A stretch of 64,000 bases of DNA from a virus. Location: the IMG/VR virus record IMGVR_UViG_3300013006_000018; one strand, 5' to 3'. Under the pieces are notes generated by a model. The model ran no database searches, was not told where the DNA came from, and worked only from the letters and a program-made list of their open reading frames with translations. Positions 20,650 to 30,820 of this stretch are shown in pieces (positions within the stretch are counted from its first letter, which is position 1; each line of letters begins with the position of its first letter). Both the position numbers and the translations under genes were made by a program.

Positions 20650-20706
20650 TTACGCGTCACTTATTCGCGTCGGCCTCCACCATTTCTTCTCTTCTGAAGA
20701 AAACAT
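20650..20706 (-). promoter_or_regulatory. leaderless 18-aa leader ORF MFSSEEKKWWRPTRISDA followed by hairpins (attenuator-like)
   Basis: TTGATT-16-TATAAT-N6-ATG; tandem TGG TGG; downstream TAGGGTT..AACCCTA hairpin plus T-rich tail before tRNA(UAU). Confidence 0.4.
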
Positions 20707-20775
20707 ATAAGTATTATAGGAAACATTACCGCTCAATCAAGTGTATTCTTAATAAAAAAAATTAAATAATTGGAT

Positions 20776-21690
20776 ATGGCATCTAGATATAATCCGAAAA
20801 TACCGAGCCGACGTGATCTAGCTCGTCAAAATCGAATAGATGATTCTAAGGTAGCCCTTGATTATAGAAGTGTAGCTTTAAAGCGCATGACAGCTCCACA
20901 AGATATAGGAATTGAACTAACCCCCACACCGACAATATCACTAACACCTTCTAACACTCCAACTATTTCATTAACACAAACAGAAACACCGCAACAAACA
21001 CCTACAGTTACACCCACAGGCTCTATAACCCCATCTGTTACTCCCACGCATACAACCACACCTTCCATAACACCCACCAATACAGAAACGCCTGCAGGGA
21101 CTCTACCAAGCACTCCCACACAAACTCTTACACCTTCACGTACTCCAACGAATACGGCTACTCCAGTGATCACTCCCACCTATACCACCACCCCTACTAT
21201 TACAAATTCTCCAACACCCACTAATACAGCAACAAATACAAGAACACCTTCTGTAACACCCACGAATACTATCACCCCAACCCGTACTCCGACACCTTCA
21301 ATTACCAGCACACAAACACCGACGGTTACACCCACAAATACAAAGACGCCCACAGTTACCCCAACGAACACTATTACCCCAACGAACACTATAACATCTA
21401 CATCAACACAAACACAGACACCATCTATCACACCCACGAATACTATCACACCAACAAATACTATTACTCCTACGAATACGAGAACACAAACACCTACAAA
21501 TACACAGACACCTACAGTTACACCAACCAATACTATTACACCCACGGTAACACCTACAAGAACAGCAACACCTCCAGTTACGCCTTCTGTGACACCTACA
21601 AGGGGTCAGGATATATTATTAATAGCGGATCCAGCAAGCTTAGTAGTTCAAATAGCCAATGCGGTAGATAAGGTAATACAAATAGGATAA
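20776..21690 (+). CDS. Thr/Pro-rich mucin-like putative virion protein
   Basis: LARQNRI..LDYRSV N-terminus, ~230-aa T/P tract, C-terminal [17 protein letters not shown]; ATG 7 nt after TAAATA. Confidence 0.8.
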   Translation: MASRYNPKIPSRRDLARQNRIDDSKVALDYRSVALKRMTAPQDIGIELTPTPTISLTPSNTPTISLTQTETPQQTPTVTPTGSITPSVTPTHTTTPSITPTNTETPAGTLPSTPTQTLTPSRTPTNTATPVITPTYTTTPTITNSPTPTNTATNTRTPSVTPTNTITPTRTPTPSITSTQTPTVTPTNTKTPTVTPTNTITPTNTITSTSTQTQTPSITPTNTITPTNTITPTNTRTQTPTNTQTPTVTPTNTITPTVTPTRTATPPVTPSVTPTRGQDILLIADPASLVVQIANAVDKVIQIG

Positions 21691-21693
21691 TCT

Positions 21694-23394
21694 ATGGCTA
21701 TTCGACGTAAAACAAAATTTATAGTTAATAATAATAACTTAGCGCGTCAGAGAAGACTCGCGGGGTCGGATTATTTAGATTATAAAACAGTAAGCCTTTT
21801 AGGGGGGATGTCTGTTGCAGATAATGCAATTGAACCAACAACCACACCTTCATCAACACCTCCTCCAACACCATCAACAACCGCTACCCCCACAAACACA
21901 CCGACACCAACGATCACTCCTACAAATACATTAACACCGACACCTACATCAACATTAACACCAACAGTTACTCCAACCTTAACACCTACACCTTCCATTA
22001 CTGCTTCAGCTACTCCAACACCTTCAATTACCTCTTCAGTAACACCGACAGCCACAAAAACACCCACACCGACACCCACGAGAACACCACCTGCAACAGC
22101 TACACCTACTAGAACCCAGCCTGTAACACCTACAACAACCAAAACGCCTTCCGTAACACCCACAAAAACAATAACACCTACCGTAACTTCAACGTTTACC
22201 TCTACACCAACTAGAACACCGTCCTTAACACCCACCCAAACACCAACTAATACTCGTACGCCAACACCAACTCCTTCTGTTACCTCCACGTTAGGTCAAG
22301 ATATCTTACAAATATTAGACTCTGATAGTGTTATTGTTCAGATAGCAGACGCAGCAGATAAAGTTATACAAATAGGACCTGTGCCCACACCAACAATAAC
22401 ACCGACAAATACACGTACACCGTTTATAACACCTTCTACAACTGCTTCAGCAGGAGCGACACCAACTCCTACGGCTACAATAACGCCAACTAATACAGTA
22501 ACAGCGACACCCGGGGTAACACCAACTCCTACCCGTACACCTTCCATAACACCTACACAGACACCTTCATCTACTGATAGTAGAACGTTTATTACATATG
22601 GAGCTGCGGTTTCTGCTACTAAGTTAGATATAATCGCCGATGCACAATGTAATTTTGGTTTCTTTATGTACGGTTATTTCGGTATTCAAGCCGAAGATTA
22701 TTATCTCTTCAGCTCAACATTTAGTGATTATATTGAAACACCGATATATCAATACGGGGATGGTACTTGGAGAATACGTAATAGTGACGGGGATGTATAT
22801 TTCACTAATAGTTATCCTTTAGCGGATAGGTTCCCTGCAAATAACTGGCAACGGGGACCCTTCTTTGATACAAATTGTACTACATATTCAGCTGTTCCTG
22901 TATTTGTTGCTGCTGTTTTCCTCACACCTACACCAACACCTACAAATACCAGAACACCAAACATTACACCAACAAATACACCGACACCAACTAAAACACC
23001 TATAGCATGGCAAGCCTGCTTTACTCTTAGCGGTGCGGAAACTTTAAATCCTGCATTATCTGTACTCAATGGTTTTTATACAGGTAACTCAAACGATAAA
23101 CCTTATGGTTATTCAAATCCTACGGTTGGTAGAGTCTTCTGGAACGAGCTTAATTTAGGGTGGGAAATATATTACGATGACGTAAACTCACCTTATTATG
23201 GGACTAATTATTATATTATGGGTGGTACAAATAACTACGTTCCACCTTTTACTGGCTGGAGGACTGCGTTTGAGCCGTATGATATAGAAGCCCCTGTATT
23301 AATCACTAACTATGGAAATTGTAATATATTGGCGAGTATAAATAATCAAGATTTAATAGCTTCTATAAATGGAGATACTCTAGTTCAGATATAA
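21694..23394 (+). CDS. Thr/Pro-rich modular putative virion protein
   Basis: [18 protein letters not shown]-terminus; three T/P tracts separating a GQDIL..DKVIQIG peptide and two small aromatic-rich domains. Confidence 0.8.
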   Translation: MAIRRKTKFIVNNNNLARQRRLAGSDYLDYKTVSLLGGMSVADNAIEPTTTPSSTPPPTPSTTATPTNTPTPTITPTNTLTPTPTSTLTPTVTPTLTPTPSITASATPTPSITSSVTPTATKTPTPTPTRTPPATATPTRTQPVTPTTTKTPSVTPTKTITPTVTSTFTSTPTRTPSLTPTQTPTNTRTPTPTPSVTSTLGQDILQILDSDSVIVQIADAADKVIQIGPVPTPTITPTNTRTPFITPSTTASAGATPTPTATITPTNTVTATPGVTPTPTRTPSITPTQTPSSTDSRTFITYGAAVSATKLDIIADAQCNFGFFMYGYFGIQAEDYYLFSSTFSDYIETPIYQYGDGTWRIRNSDGDVYFTNSYPLADRFPANNWQRGPFFDTNCTTYSAVPVFVAAVFLTPTPTPTNTRTPNITPTNTPTPTKTPIAWQACFTLSGAETLNPALSVLNGFYTGNSNDKPYGYSNPTVGRVFWNELNLGWEIYYDDVNSPYYGTNYYIMGGTNNYVPPFTGWRTAFEPYDIEAPVLITNYGNCNILASINNQDLIASINGDTLVQI

Positions 23395-23403
23395 ATATAA
23401 TAT

Positions 23404-25260
23404 ATGGCCATTAAGAATTTTACTCAATTTGCATTGTCTGGTGTCGCAGATAACGGCGACTTTCTTGTCGGTTATAAGAAAGATAGTAGTCAAGAATTGA
23501 GATTTACGGTAGCTACTGTCTTGACAGGCGGATCACTGGATTATCGATTTTTGCGGCCTGCGCCTGCCACAAATCCTGCAGGAGGTTATACCGCCAATAC
23601 TGCGGCAGGAACTTTTGCAATGGGAAATATTACAGGCGGAACATATAACACCGCATTTGGATATTATGCATTAAGTCAAGCTACTACTAGTATCCGAAGT
23701 GCTGCTTTTGGATCAAATGCCTTACAGGAAAACACAGGAAGTGATAATACTGCTGTTGGATGTAACGCACTTGCTAGTGCTGGAGGTGGAAGCTCAAATG
23801 TCGGGGTTGGGTACAACGCGCTTGCGGCAAATACAACAGGTGCGGGCAATACGGCTGTCGGAGCGATCGCACTTGGAGCAAATATTTCTGGAACTAGTAA
23901 TGTTGCGGTCGGATCCAATGCGTTAGCAGCAAATACAACTGGAAACCGTAACACTGCTATAGGATCCGGCGCCCTCGACGCTAACAAAACTTTAAACGAC
24001 AATACAGCTATCGGACATAGTGCCCTTCTTAATAATACAGGAGGTAGTAATACGGCTTGCGGGTCAAGCGCACTCCTCAGTAATACAACTGGAGGTAATA
24101 ACACGGCTATCGGATATGAAGCCCTCCGTACAAACACAACAGGGGTCAACAACACAGCCACAGGATTAAATGCTCTTCGTAACAATACAACCGGGCAGGG
24201 TAATGCTGCGTTTGGTACTTCCGCGCTAGGCAGTAATACTACTGCAAGTGAAAATAGTGCTTTTGGTACTTCTGCACTCGGTGCAAACACGACAGGAAGT
24301 GATAATATGGCCGCTGGGAGAAGCGCACTACAAGACAATACGACAGGGAGCGGTAATACAGCGATTGGTAGAGGTGCGCTTCAATCTAATACAACTGGAG
24401 GTGATAACACCGCGGTGGGGAAGAGTACGCTTGTAGTAAACACAATAGGTACGCAAAACACCGCTGTTGGAGCAAATGCGCTTTATAAAAGCGCCACGCC
24501 AAGTCAAAATACTGCGGTAGGGTATGGTTCACTCTTTGAACTTCTTTCTGGTAGTTATAACACAGCACTGGGTCAAAGTTGCTTAACTAACTTAGTTAGC
24601 GGTTCATACAATAGCGGTATAGGTTATTATGCAGGTGGTTTAGGAACTTTAGGTAATAATAATGTTTACCTAGGTTATTATGCAGGGCTCGGTGACGAAG
24701 GACGAATTAACTGTACAGGGGTAGGGTACTATGCGAGTACAACAGGCAATAACCAAGTGCAATTAGGTAATTCTGTTACTACCACATATGCATATGGCGC
24801 TGTACAGAATCGATCTGATATTAGAGATAAAGCAGATGTACGTGATACCACATTAGGGTTAGATTTTATCATGGCACTCCGTCCTGTGGATTTTAAATGG
24901 GACCTTCGTGAAAGCTACAATACTCTTCCCCCGGTAGCACCATCTTCTGAGGCAACAGAAGAGGAAAAAGAAAACCATAAGCTACAGCTGGAACAATGGG
25001 TACAAGCAAATGATATTAATAATATTGTTCACGATGGTACACATAAGCGTACCCGCTATCATCATGGTCTTATTGCCCAAGAAGTTAAACAAGTATTGGA
25101 TGACAGAGGCATTGATTTTGGTGGTTACCAAGATCATTCGGTCAAGGGTGGGAGTGATGTGCTATCGATTGGGTACAGTGAACTGGTGGCACCTTTGATT
25201 AAAGCCATACAAGAGCTTAAACAAGAGTTTGATGCCTATAAAGCATCGCATCCGGTATAA
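23404..25260 (+). CDS. tail fibre with 14-aa NTA.G..AL..NTTG repeats and C-terminal intramolecular chaperone (peptidase S74)
   Basis: Regular 14-residue repeats; SDIRDK..LRPVDFKW..GLIAQEV..LIKAIQEL. Confidence 0.9.
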   Translation: MAIKNFTQFALSGVADNGDFLVGYKKDSSQELRFTVATVLTGGSLDYRFLRPAPATNPAGGYTANTAAGTFAMGNITGGTYNTAFGYYALSQATTSIRSAAFGSNALQENTGSDNTAVGCNALASAGGGSSNVGVGYNALAANTTGAGNTAVGAIALGANISGTSNVAVGSNALAANTTGNRNTAIGSGALDANKTLNDNTAIGHSALLNNTGGSNTACGSSALLSNTTGGNNTAIGYEALRTNTTGVNNTATGLNALRNNTTGQGNAAFGTSALGSNTTASENSAFGTSALGANTTGSDNMAAGRSALQDNTTGSGNTAIGRGALQSNTTGGDNTAVGKSTLVVNTIGTQNTAVGANALYKSATPSQNTAVGYGSLFELLSGSYNTALGQSCLTNLVSGSYNSGIGYYAGGLGTLGNNNVYLGYYAGLGDEGRINCTGVGYYASTTGNNQVQLGNSVTTTYAYGAVQNRSDIRDKADVRDTTLGLDFIMALRPVDFKWDLRESYNTLPPVAPSSEATEEEKENHKLQLEQWVQANDINNIVHDGTHKRTRYHHGLIAQEVKQVLDDRGIDFGGYQDHSVKGGSDVLSIGYSELVAPLIKAIQELKQEFDAYKASHPV

Positions 25261-25309
25261 TTAACCGGTTTCTGGTAGATTTTAAAGAGCTTTCATATAT
25301 CATAGGTAT

Positions 25310-25645
25310 ATGAAATTAATCCTCGATGAGTTTGTATCCAAAGGCTTTACCTATACGAAAGTTAAAAGAGAAGGCGACAAAGCCATATATAAACAAGCGC
25401 ACAAAGAAGCAACGTCATTTCGTTATGAAGTAGTCGTTATAACTAGACATAATGGATATAAATTAGGTGAATCGTTTATAGAGCCTTCTGAGGTTTATCC
25501 AGGGTCAAGTCTTTGGGGTATTCGGGGTTGGACGTGCAGTACTCTAGAGGATGCAGAAATACGATATAGCAACCTACCCAACAGCGCTGATGTCGTTATA
25601 AATACTATTAATGAACAAGAACTTGTTGCCAAGACGGAGGCATGA
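25310..25645 (+). CDS. hypothetical protein
   Basis: 111-aa ORF with TATCAT-N6-ATG. Confidence 0.75.
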   Translation: MKLILDEFVSKGFTYTKVKREGDKAIYKQAHKEATSFRYEVVVITRHNGYKLGESFIEPSEVYPGSSLWGIRGWTCSTLEDAEIRYSNLPNSADVVINTINEQELVAKTEA

Positions 25646-25841
25646 GTATTTAAATAATAATGTGTCTACAACGTTTGACTATATATTAGAAGAAGACATT
25701 AAGCAGTATGATGCTGATTGGATAAAGGATTGGGGCTTTTTAAGCCATCGAATAAATCCTATCACTATTGATGGTAAGTCAGGCTATTATTATTCTGATT
25801 ATAAGAATATAGCCCTATCGATAAATTATTACAGAGCTTAG
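25611..25841 (+). CDS. hypothetical protein (start uncertain)
   Basis: 76-aa ORF overlapping the previous gene. Confidence 0.45.
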   Translation: MNKNLLPRRRHEYLNNNVSTTFDYILEEDIKQYDADWIKDWGFLSHRINPITIDGKSGYYYSDYKNIALSINYYRA

Positions 25842-26503
25842 ATACCTGACCAGAAATTTGTCGCACGCATAATACGGTTGCATATACTAATGATAATCTT
25901 CTTTGAGAAGAAGACGAATGGATTGTATGTTTCTTTGAGTATAGGGTAGTACCATTTAGAACGAAACATCTCATGCTGTCGTGCTTCTTCCTCGAATCGT
26001 ACTTTCCACGCTACATCTATCTTTTCTCTTTTAGCAGCGCTTGGCTCTGATTCTATTTCCCAGCTAATAAGTTTAACCGCTCTCACCACACCATTTGTAG
26101 CTGTAATCAGGTAGTCTAAAGAAACATAACGGCCTGCGATATTATCATATGAATAGATGTTAAAGGTACTGGTTAGCTTAGTCTTTACTTTAACCGTTTT
26201 CGTTTCATCAATCATTCTAGATACTTTGCTTGCCCGTGCCCTATTATACATGCGTTCTATGAAAGAACGATTATCGGGCCATTTCTCAAAAGGGTTCTTC
26301 CAGAGTACTTTCTTACCTGTTGGTTTATGTTGAATTGCAAAAATTTGGCCCCTACTATCGATAGAGTATTGAGCCATCACACTATCGAGATCTTTGGATT
26401 GAAACTCCTTTATTTCGGCATTATTCCTCTTTAGATAAGAAGAAACCTCTTTGGGTTGCTTGAGTTTAAACCCTTCAATACTGAAAGAATCATATAATCC
26501 CAT
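25838..26503 (-). CDS. hypothetical phage protein (MGLYD..EFQSKDLD type)
   Basis: ORF; start placed at MGLYD downstream of a TATAAT element. Confidence 0.7.
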   Translation of the reverse strand: MGLYDSFSIEGFKLKQPKEVSSYLKRNNAEIKEFQSKDLDSVMAQYSIDSRGQIFAIQHKPTGKKVLWKNPFEKWPDNRSFIERMYNRARASKVSRMIDETKTVKVKTKLTSTFNIYSYDNIAGRYVSLDYLITATNGVVRAVKLISWEIESEPSAAKREKIDVAWKVRFEEEARQHEMFRSKWYYPILKETYNPFVFFSKKIIISICNRIMRATNFWSGI

Positions 26504-26554
26504 ACACATAATTATATAATACACACGCGAAAAGCAACAGAAAATCAATACTCT

Positions 26555-26602
26555 TATAACTACTTGATAATCAATAGGTTATATAACTACTTGATAATCA
26601 AT
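26555..26602. repeat. two direct copies of TATAACTACTTGATAATCAAT (third copy at 33669..33689)
   Basis: Exact 21-mers at 26555, 26582 and 33669 with palindromic core TTGAT-A-ATCAA. Confidence 0.9.
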
Positions 26603-26655
26603 GAGATATATATAGTTGACTATATCTGATTCCATGCTATATTATATATGAAGGT

Positions 26656-26871
26656 ATGATAAATATGAACGTGACAGATCAGCAGTATGATACGATGACT
26701 AAGGAGGGAAGAGAATTGTATGATTCCTTTGCTAACTACTTTAGTTTTGATTGTAAGCCGGACGAAAATACAAGAAAAGGGTTTTATGAACAGGTCTCAT
26801 GTTTAACTAACGAAATCGATAGACAACTTTTAACTGAGTTTATAAACTTTAAAACTGAGAATGAAAAATGA
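26656..26871 (+). CDS. hypothetical protein
   Basis: 71-aa ORF behind TTGACT-16-TATATT. Confidence 0.6.
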   Translation: MINMNVTDQQYDTMTKEGRELYDSFANYFSFDCKPDENTRKGFYEQVSCLTNEIDRQLLTEFINFKTENEK

Positions 26872-27301
26872 GAAATTGATAGAGTGTTTTAAAGTCCTTT
26901 AATTTCTTAACTTTATCACAATAAATTTGCGCCCACTCTTTATCTAGTTTCATACGAAACATATCACATACTTCTTGTTTTGCGGAATTGACATTAACTT
27001 CATTAAATTTGTTTACATTTGAATTGTAGACATCAAGACCAAAGAAATCAATTATATACTCTAAGATCTGATGACATGCCTTGTTAATAGATGTTCCATA
27101 TTTGTAATTAAACACATCCGTATCTTTTTCTTGTTTGCCTGTTAAGACTTGCTTTGTAGCTTTATCAAAATTTGAACTTCTTGCCGGCTTATTCTGAGAA
27201 TATACTTTTGCATAAGGTGAGTTGAGAACCTCTTCTTCTTCACCAGGACTTAAGGGTATCTTATTCCAGACAGCTTTGTAGTATTGTTTTTTACCTTTCA
27301 T
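26849..27301 (-). CDS. hypothetical protein (last gene of the AAA/vWA operon)
   Basis: 150-aa ORF, ATGA-coupled to the AAA gene. Confidence 0.7.
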   Translation of the reverse strand: MKGKKQYYKAVWNKIPLSPGEEEEVLNSPYAKVYSQNKPARSSNFDKATKQVLTGKQEKDTDVFNYKYGTSINKACHQILEYIIDFFGLDVYNSNVNKFNEVNVNSAKQEVCDMFRMKLDKEWAQIYCDKVKKLKDFKTLYQFLIFHSQF

Positions 27302-28944
27302 ATAGTTATAGATTTTTCTTCATCTCCTGAAATCATTAATGCTTTAATCTCTTTTTTAAATCTATCGACAACAATTTTTTCCTCTTCGTTGCGTGCTTTG
27401 AAACTAGCTATATAACCTGCAAAATCAGCGAACAGCCCATCATCCTTGGTATTCATATCGCCAGTAACTTTCTTGAGGTACTCTTTTAAATTAGCTAGCG
27501 AACCATGCGGTATATACTTAAAAAGAGCATACGCTAATTTTTGAAAATGCACATGGATAGTTTTTTGATCCATCCCTTTATATGTATTGGATAATTTGTT
27601 AAAATATGTGGTGATAACATAGCTCTTGGCCCAATATTCTTCAGGATCTAAAGCTTCGTTTTTCTCTTTGCCCTTCTTGGTAAAGTCCGATGCAATCACT
27701 TGATCAATATCTTGAAAGTATGCATAGAAGAAAAACTTAGCAAATCGCTGACCCCACTCAATACCGCAAAATTTTGCACCAGCGAGTTCAACTTTTTTAA
27801 GTATATCTGTCTCCATATGCTTAAAGCCTAAAACAGAACGAGATGGTAAATCTTTCTTAAGTGGTTTATTTTTGTGTTTTAATTCTGATACTATATTTAT
27901 AAGCTCAATGCCAAAGCCTGTGATACTACGAGGGTTAGGCCAACCTCGTTGACTCGACTGAGCACCCGCCTCACCAGGCTCTTGATAGAATAATTTACTT
28001 ACAGTTTCAAAATCTTCATTAGTACTAAACAAGAATGAAATAATTACTTCAGGATATTCATGTATATTACCGTAACGGTCTTCAATTTTTCGCTTACGTA
28101 TATATTCAACCCAATCTTTAGGTGAAACCTTCAAGTAAACAGGTTCTGTTCTACCAATAGCAGCAGGAGACAAGTATGAAATAACATTACTCAGTTCATA
28201 ATATGCACCAATGTTACCTGCTGAATACATACGTATTCTTTTACTTAATGTATATTGTGATACCCTATGCCCTAATAAGAGTTGATAAAGAAGTTTTTGA
28301 TTTTCCGCTGCTTGATTTACTTCATCTAGAAACAAACAACCGACAGCTTCTTTTTGCATCATTAATTTAAGGTATTTTGGAACTTGACCAGTTAATACAC
28401 CGACTCCATCTTTCGCTTTATCGTCTGATGTTTTATATATACCTCTCAACATATCTGGTGTAATATCGGAACCTGTTATGAGATAGTAAAGAAAATAATT
28501 ACCAACATTCGCCAGAACTCGCTCAAATTCTTCTTCATTATCAGATTCTAATTTAGATATATCAATAAACTCTCTGGATTGTTGGGGTAATCCTTCTTTA
28601 TTTTTCCCCGTTCCTTCGGCAGGGATGCCTGCAGCGATAGATTTCGCAAAATTGGCAACAGCATCTGATTTACCAACACCCGACCCTCCAAATACTAGGA
28701 CCGGTTTTGATGACCCGTCTTCTGCTGTATTGACCCATGCATCGTAGAATATAGCTTGTAATTCACGCATTGAAACGGCAGGTAGATCGATCTGTTTTTC
28801 GTTAGGAAGTATAACTGGTGTGTAATTTACTTGATAGCTACCTGGAAGACTACCCTTAATCATATTATCCAATTCATCATCAAACTCTCTAACTAGTTCA
28901 TACTTACCAGTTATTGTTTTCTGTATTTTGTAAGGGTATTTCAT
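27298..28944 (-). CDS. MoxR-like AAA+ ATPase
   Basis: Walker A GGSGVGKS, Walker B LFLDE, SAGN sensor-1, WPNPRS. Confidence 0.88.
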   Translation of the reverse strand: MKYPYKIQKTITGKYELVREFDDELDNMIKGSLPGSYQVNYTPVILPNEKQIDLPAVSMRELQAIFYDAWVNTAEDGSSKPVLVFGGSGVGKSDAVANFAKSIAAGIPAEGTGKNKEGLPQQSREFIDISKLESDNEEEFERVLANVGNYFLYYLITGSDITPDMLRGIYKTSDDKAKDGVGVLTGQVPKYLKLMMQKEAVGCLFLDEVNQAAENQKLLYQLLLGHRVSQYTLSKRIRMYSAGNIGAYYELSNVISYLSPAAIGRTEPVYLKVSPKDWVEYIRKRKIEDRYGNIHEYPEVIISFLFSTNEDFETVSKLFYQEPGEAGAQSSQRGWPNPRSITGFGIELINIVSELKHKNKPLKKDLPSRSVLGFKHMETDILKKVELAGAKFCGIEWGQRFAKFFFYAYFQDIDQVIASDFTKKGKEKNEALDPEEYWAKSYVITTYFNKLSNTYKGMDQKTIHVHFQKLAYALFKYIPHGSLANLKEYLKKVTGDMNTKDDGLFADFAGYIASFKARNEEEKIVVDRFKKEIKALMISGDEEKSITI

Positions 28945-28948
28945 TACT

Positions 28949-30010
28949 CTAAATATTTATCCATGCTATCTTTAAATTGTTGTATTTTTTCTTTAAAGGT
29001 AGAAGTGCACTAAGCTCTCCGCCCTCTACAACATAGATATAATTAGCTTTAACTAATGTAGATAGAACACAATTAGACTCTATTGCTCCATCAGTGAAAT
29101 AGATGACAGCGCTATTTCTAGAGAGTTTTCTTTGTAATACAGCCTCTGAAACCACCCTTGCCACCGGGCTCATCTGTGTACCGCCCCCTTCAACTGCTTT
29201 TTGCATACTAGATATTAATTGTTGCAGTTCAGCTTTATTTCTGGAATAACCTTTAGCATATACACCATCGGTAAACAAGATAACATATATCTCTATCTTA
29301 GTAGCAGTCATAGCTATTTTATATGCTTCATTTAGAAACTCTTTTGCTTTATCAACAATAGAACTAGAAGTATCAAGAGCTATAGCAATAGAAAGCTTTT
29401 CAGGAAGTTTTTGTGTTCTATATTCCGCATATCCATAACTATAGCTGCTAGGGTGTAGCTTATCTGAATATACAATTTTAAGATTTTGTAGTAAATTCTT
29501 TAGTTCAGCCTTATAATTAACTGTCTGTACATTATCATATTCGAAGTTAGAGTCCGGCCAAAGCGGGTCCCCGGTTCTTCCTCGACCCCTATCCAGGCTC
29601 CTTTGTTTTATTTCATCTGCAACTTGTCGTCGTTTTTTCTCTCTATCGCTATCATTCATCGGAGCATTAGGTCTATCCCCCGACGGTAGAATTTCCTTAG
29701 GTTCGTCACCAATTTCTATATGATCATCTAAGTTCTGAGGAACGTAGGGCTTTGGTGGTGGTGTTGCTGTAACTTTCGGTGGTGTTGGTGTAACAGTTGG
29801 TTTTTTATCCTTCCCATCGCCGCTACTAGATGGTTTTGTAGGCTGGGGGCCTCGTGTTGTTATAGATGGAGTACCGGGCGGTCCATCTACAATTTCATCT
29901 GTAGGTGTCGTGGTCGGTGGTCGGCCTCCGCCTCCGCCTCCTGAAGGAGTGTTCGATGGTTTATCATCACTCCAAGGATAAATTTCGTCGAAATTAAAAT
30001 CGTTTTTCAT
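28949..30010 (-). CDS. vWA-domain protein with Pro/Gly-rich N-terminus (DUF2201 C-terminal-like)
   Basis: MIDAS DTSSS, GGGT, FTDG. Confidence 0.85.
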   Translation of the reverse strand: MKNDFNFDEIYPWSDDKPSNTPSGGGGGGRPPTTTPTDEIVDGPPGTPSITTRGPQPTKPSSSGDGKDKKPTVTPTPPKVTATPPPKPYVPQNLDDHIEIGDEPKEILPSGDRPNAPMNDSDREKKRRQVADEIKQRSLDRGRGRTGDPLWPDSNFEYDNVQTVNYKAELKNLLQNLKIVYSDKLHPSSYSYGYAEYRTQKLPEKLSIAIALDTSSSIVDKAKEFLNEAYKIAMTATKIEIYVILFTDGVYAKGYSRNKAELQQLISSMQKAVEGGGTQMSPVARVVSEAVLQRKLSRNSAVIYFTDGAIESNCVLSTLVKANYIYVVEGGELSALLPLKKKYNNLKIAWINI

Positions 30011-30816
30011 ACAGGTACCGTTATAACTTTCTTATTCTTTTTATTAATTTTAACTATTTGTCTCTTTGTATTAGTCTCTTTATCACCCACTATATCCCCA
30101 ACCTTCGGTACATACTGTGGAGACGGGTCACCACCTGAGCCTCCTGGTTCTTCTGGTGGCATGCTTTTTTTAACAAAATTATAGACTTGCTCAGAAGTGT
30201 TTTGTGAGATATCAAGCTCTTCTCCTCCCATCTCCTTGGGGAATTTATATTTACCTTGCTTATCTGGTACAAAAAAGCCTTTAGGGAATCTAAATCCTTG
30301 ACGGACTAATTCATAATTCATTGTTAAGTCGGTAGAGATATTCCATAGTGTATGGTTAACTTTTATTTTTAATTTCTTTGTTGTCCAGTCAGCTCTTTTA
30401 AAAGTGTTATTTAAATAATGAAATGCTTCATGGGCTAAAATAGTAGCAATAAAATGATAGGGCAAGCAGTAGAAGAAAGTAGGGTTATAATATAAGTTAA
30501 AATTTTCATCAACTGCTGCGGTTTCGACTCTATCGTATGTGGCGACTTTTCTTAACTGATTTAACATGTCTACAATGGTAGGAAATTTATTTCTAAGTAA
30601 GGCGATTGCTTTTATAACTTTATCGTGAACCACCCTTATTTTTTCATCTGGCAAACGCATATGAGGGATTATTTTTCCCTTGAGACTGCCCCAGTCGAAA
30701 TTTTCAAAATCCTCTTCATCGAGGTTAATTTGACCAGGAACTATTTTTGTTGTTGGTGCGTCTTGTTCTAATACAAATCTATAGTTACTATAGATCTTTT
30801 TACTATCTCTATTCAA
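30007..30816 (-). CDS. putative metallopeptidase (DUF2201 N-terminal-like)
   Basis: TAAVD..LYYNP.F..LAHEAFH..WNI..D..MN. Confidence 0.85.
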   Translation of the reverse strand: MNRDSKKIYSNYRFVLEQDAPTTKIVPGQINLDEEDFENFDWGSLKGKIIPHMRLPDEKIRVVHDKVIKAIALLRNKFPTIVDMLNQLRKVATYDRVETAAVDENFNLYYNPTFFYCLPYHFIATILAHEAFHYLNNTFKRADWTTKKLKIKVNHTLWNISTDLTMNYELVRQGFRFPKGFFVPDKQGKYKFPKEMGGEELDISQNTSEQVYNFVKKSMPPEEPGGSGGDPSPQYVPKVGDIVGDKETNTKRQIVKINKKNKKVITVPV

Positions 30817-30820
30817 GAGA

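Noticed and set aside
23676-24338. 220-aa antisense ORF, and 44569..45150, inside repeat-rich fibre genes
   Set aside because: Mirror of the repetitive sense-strand protein.
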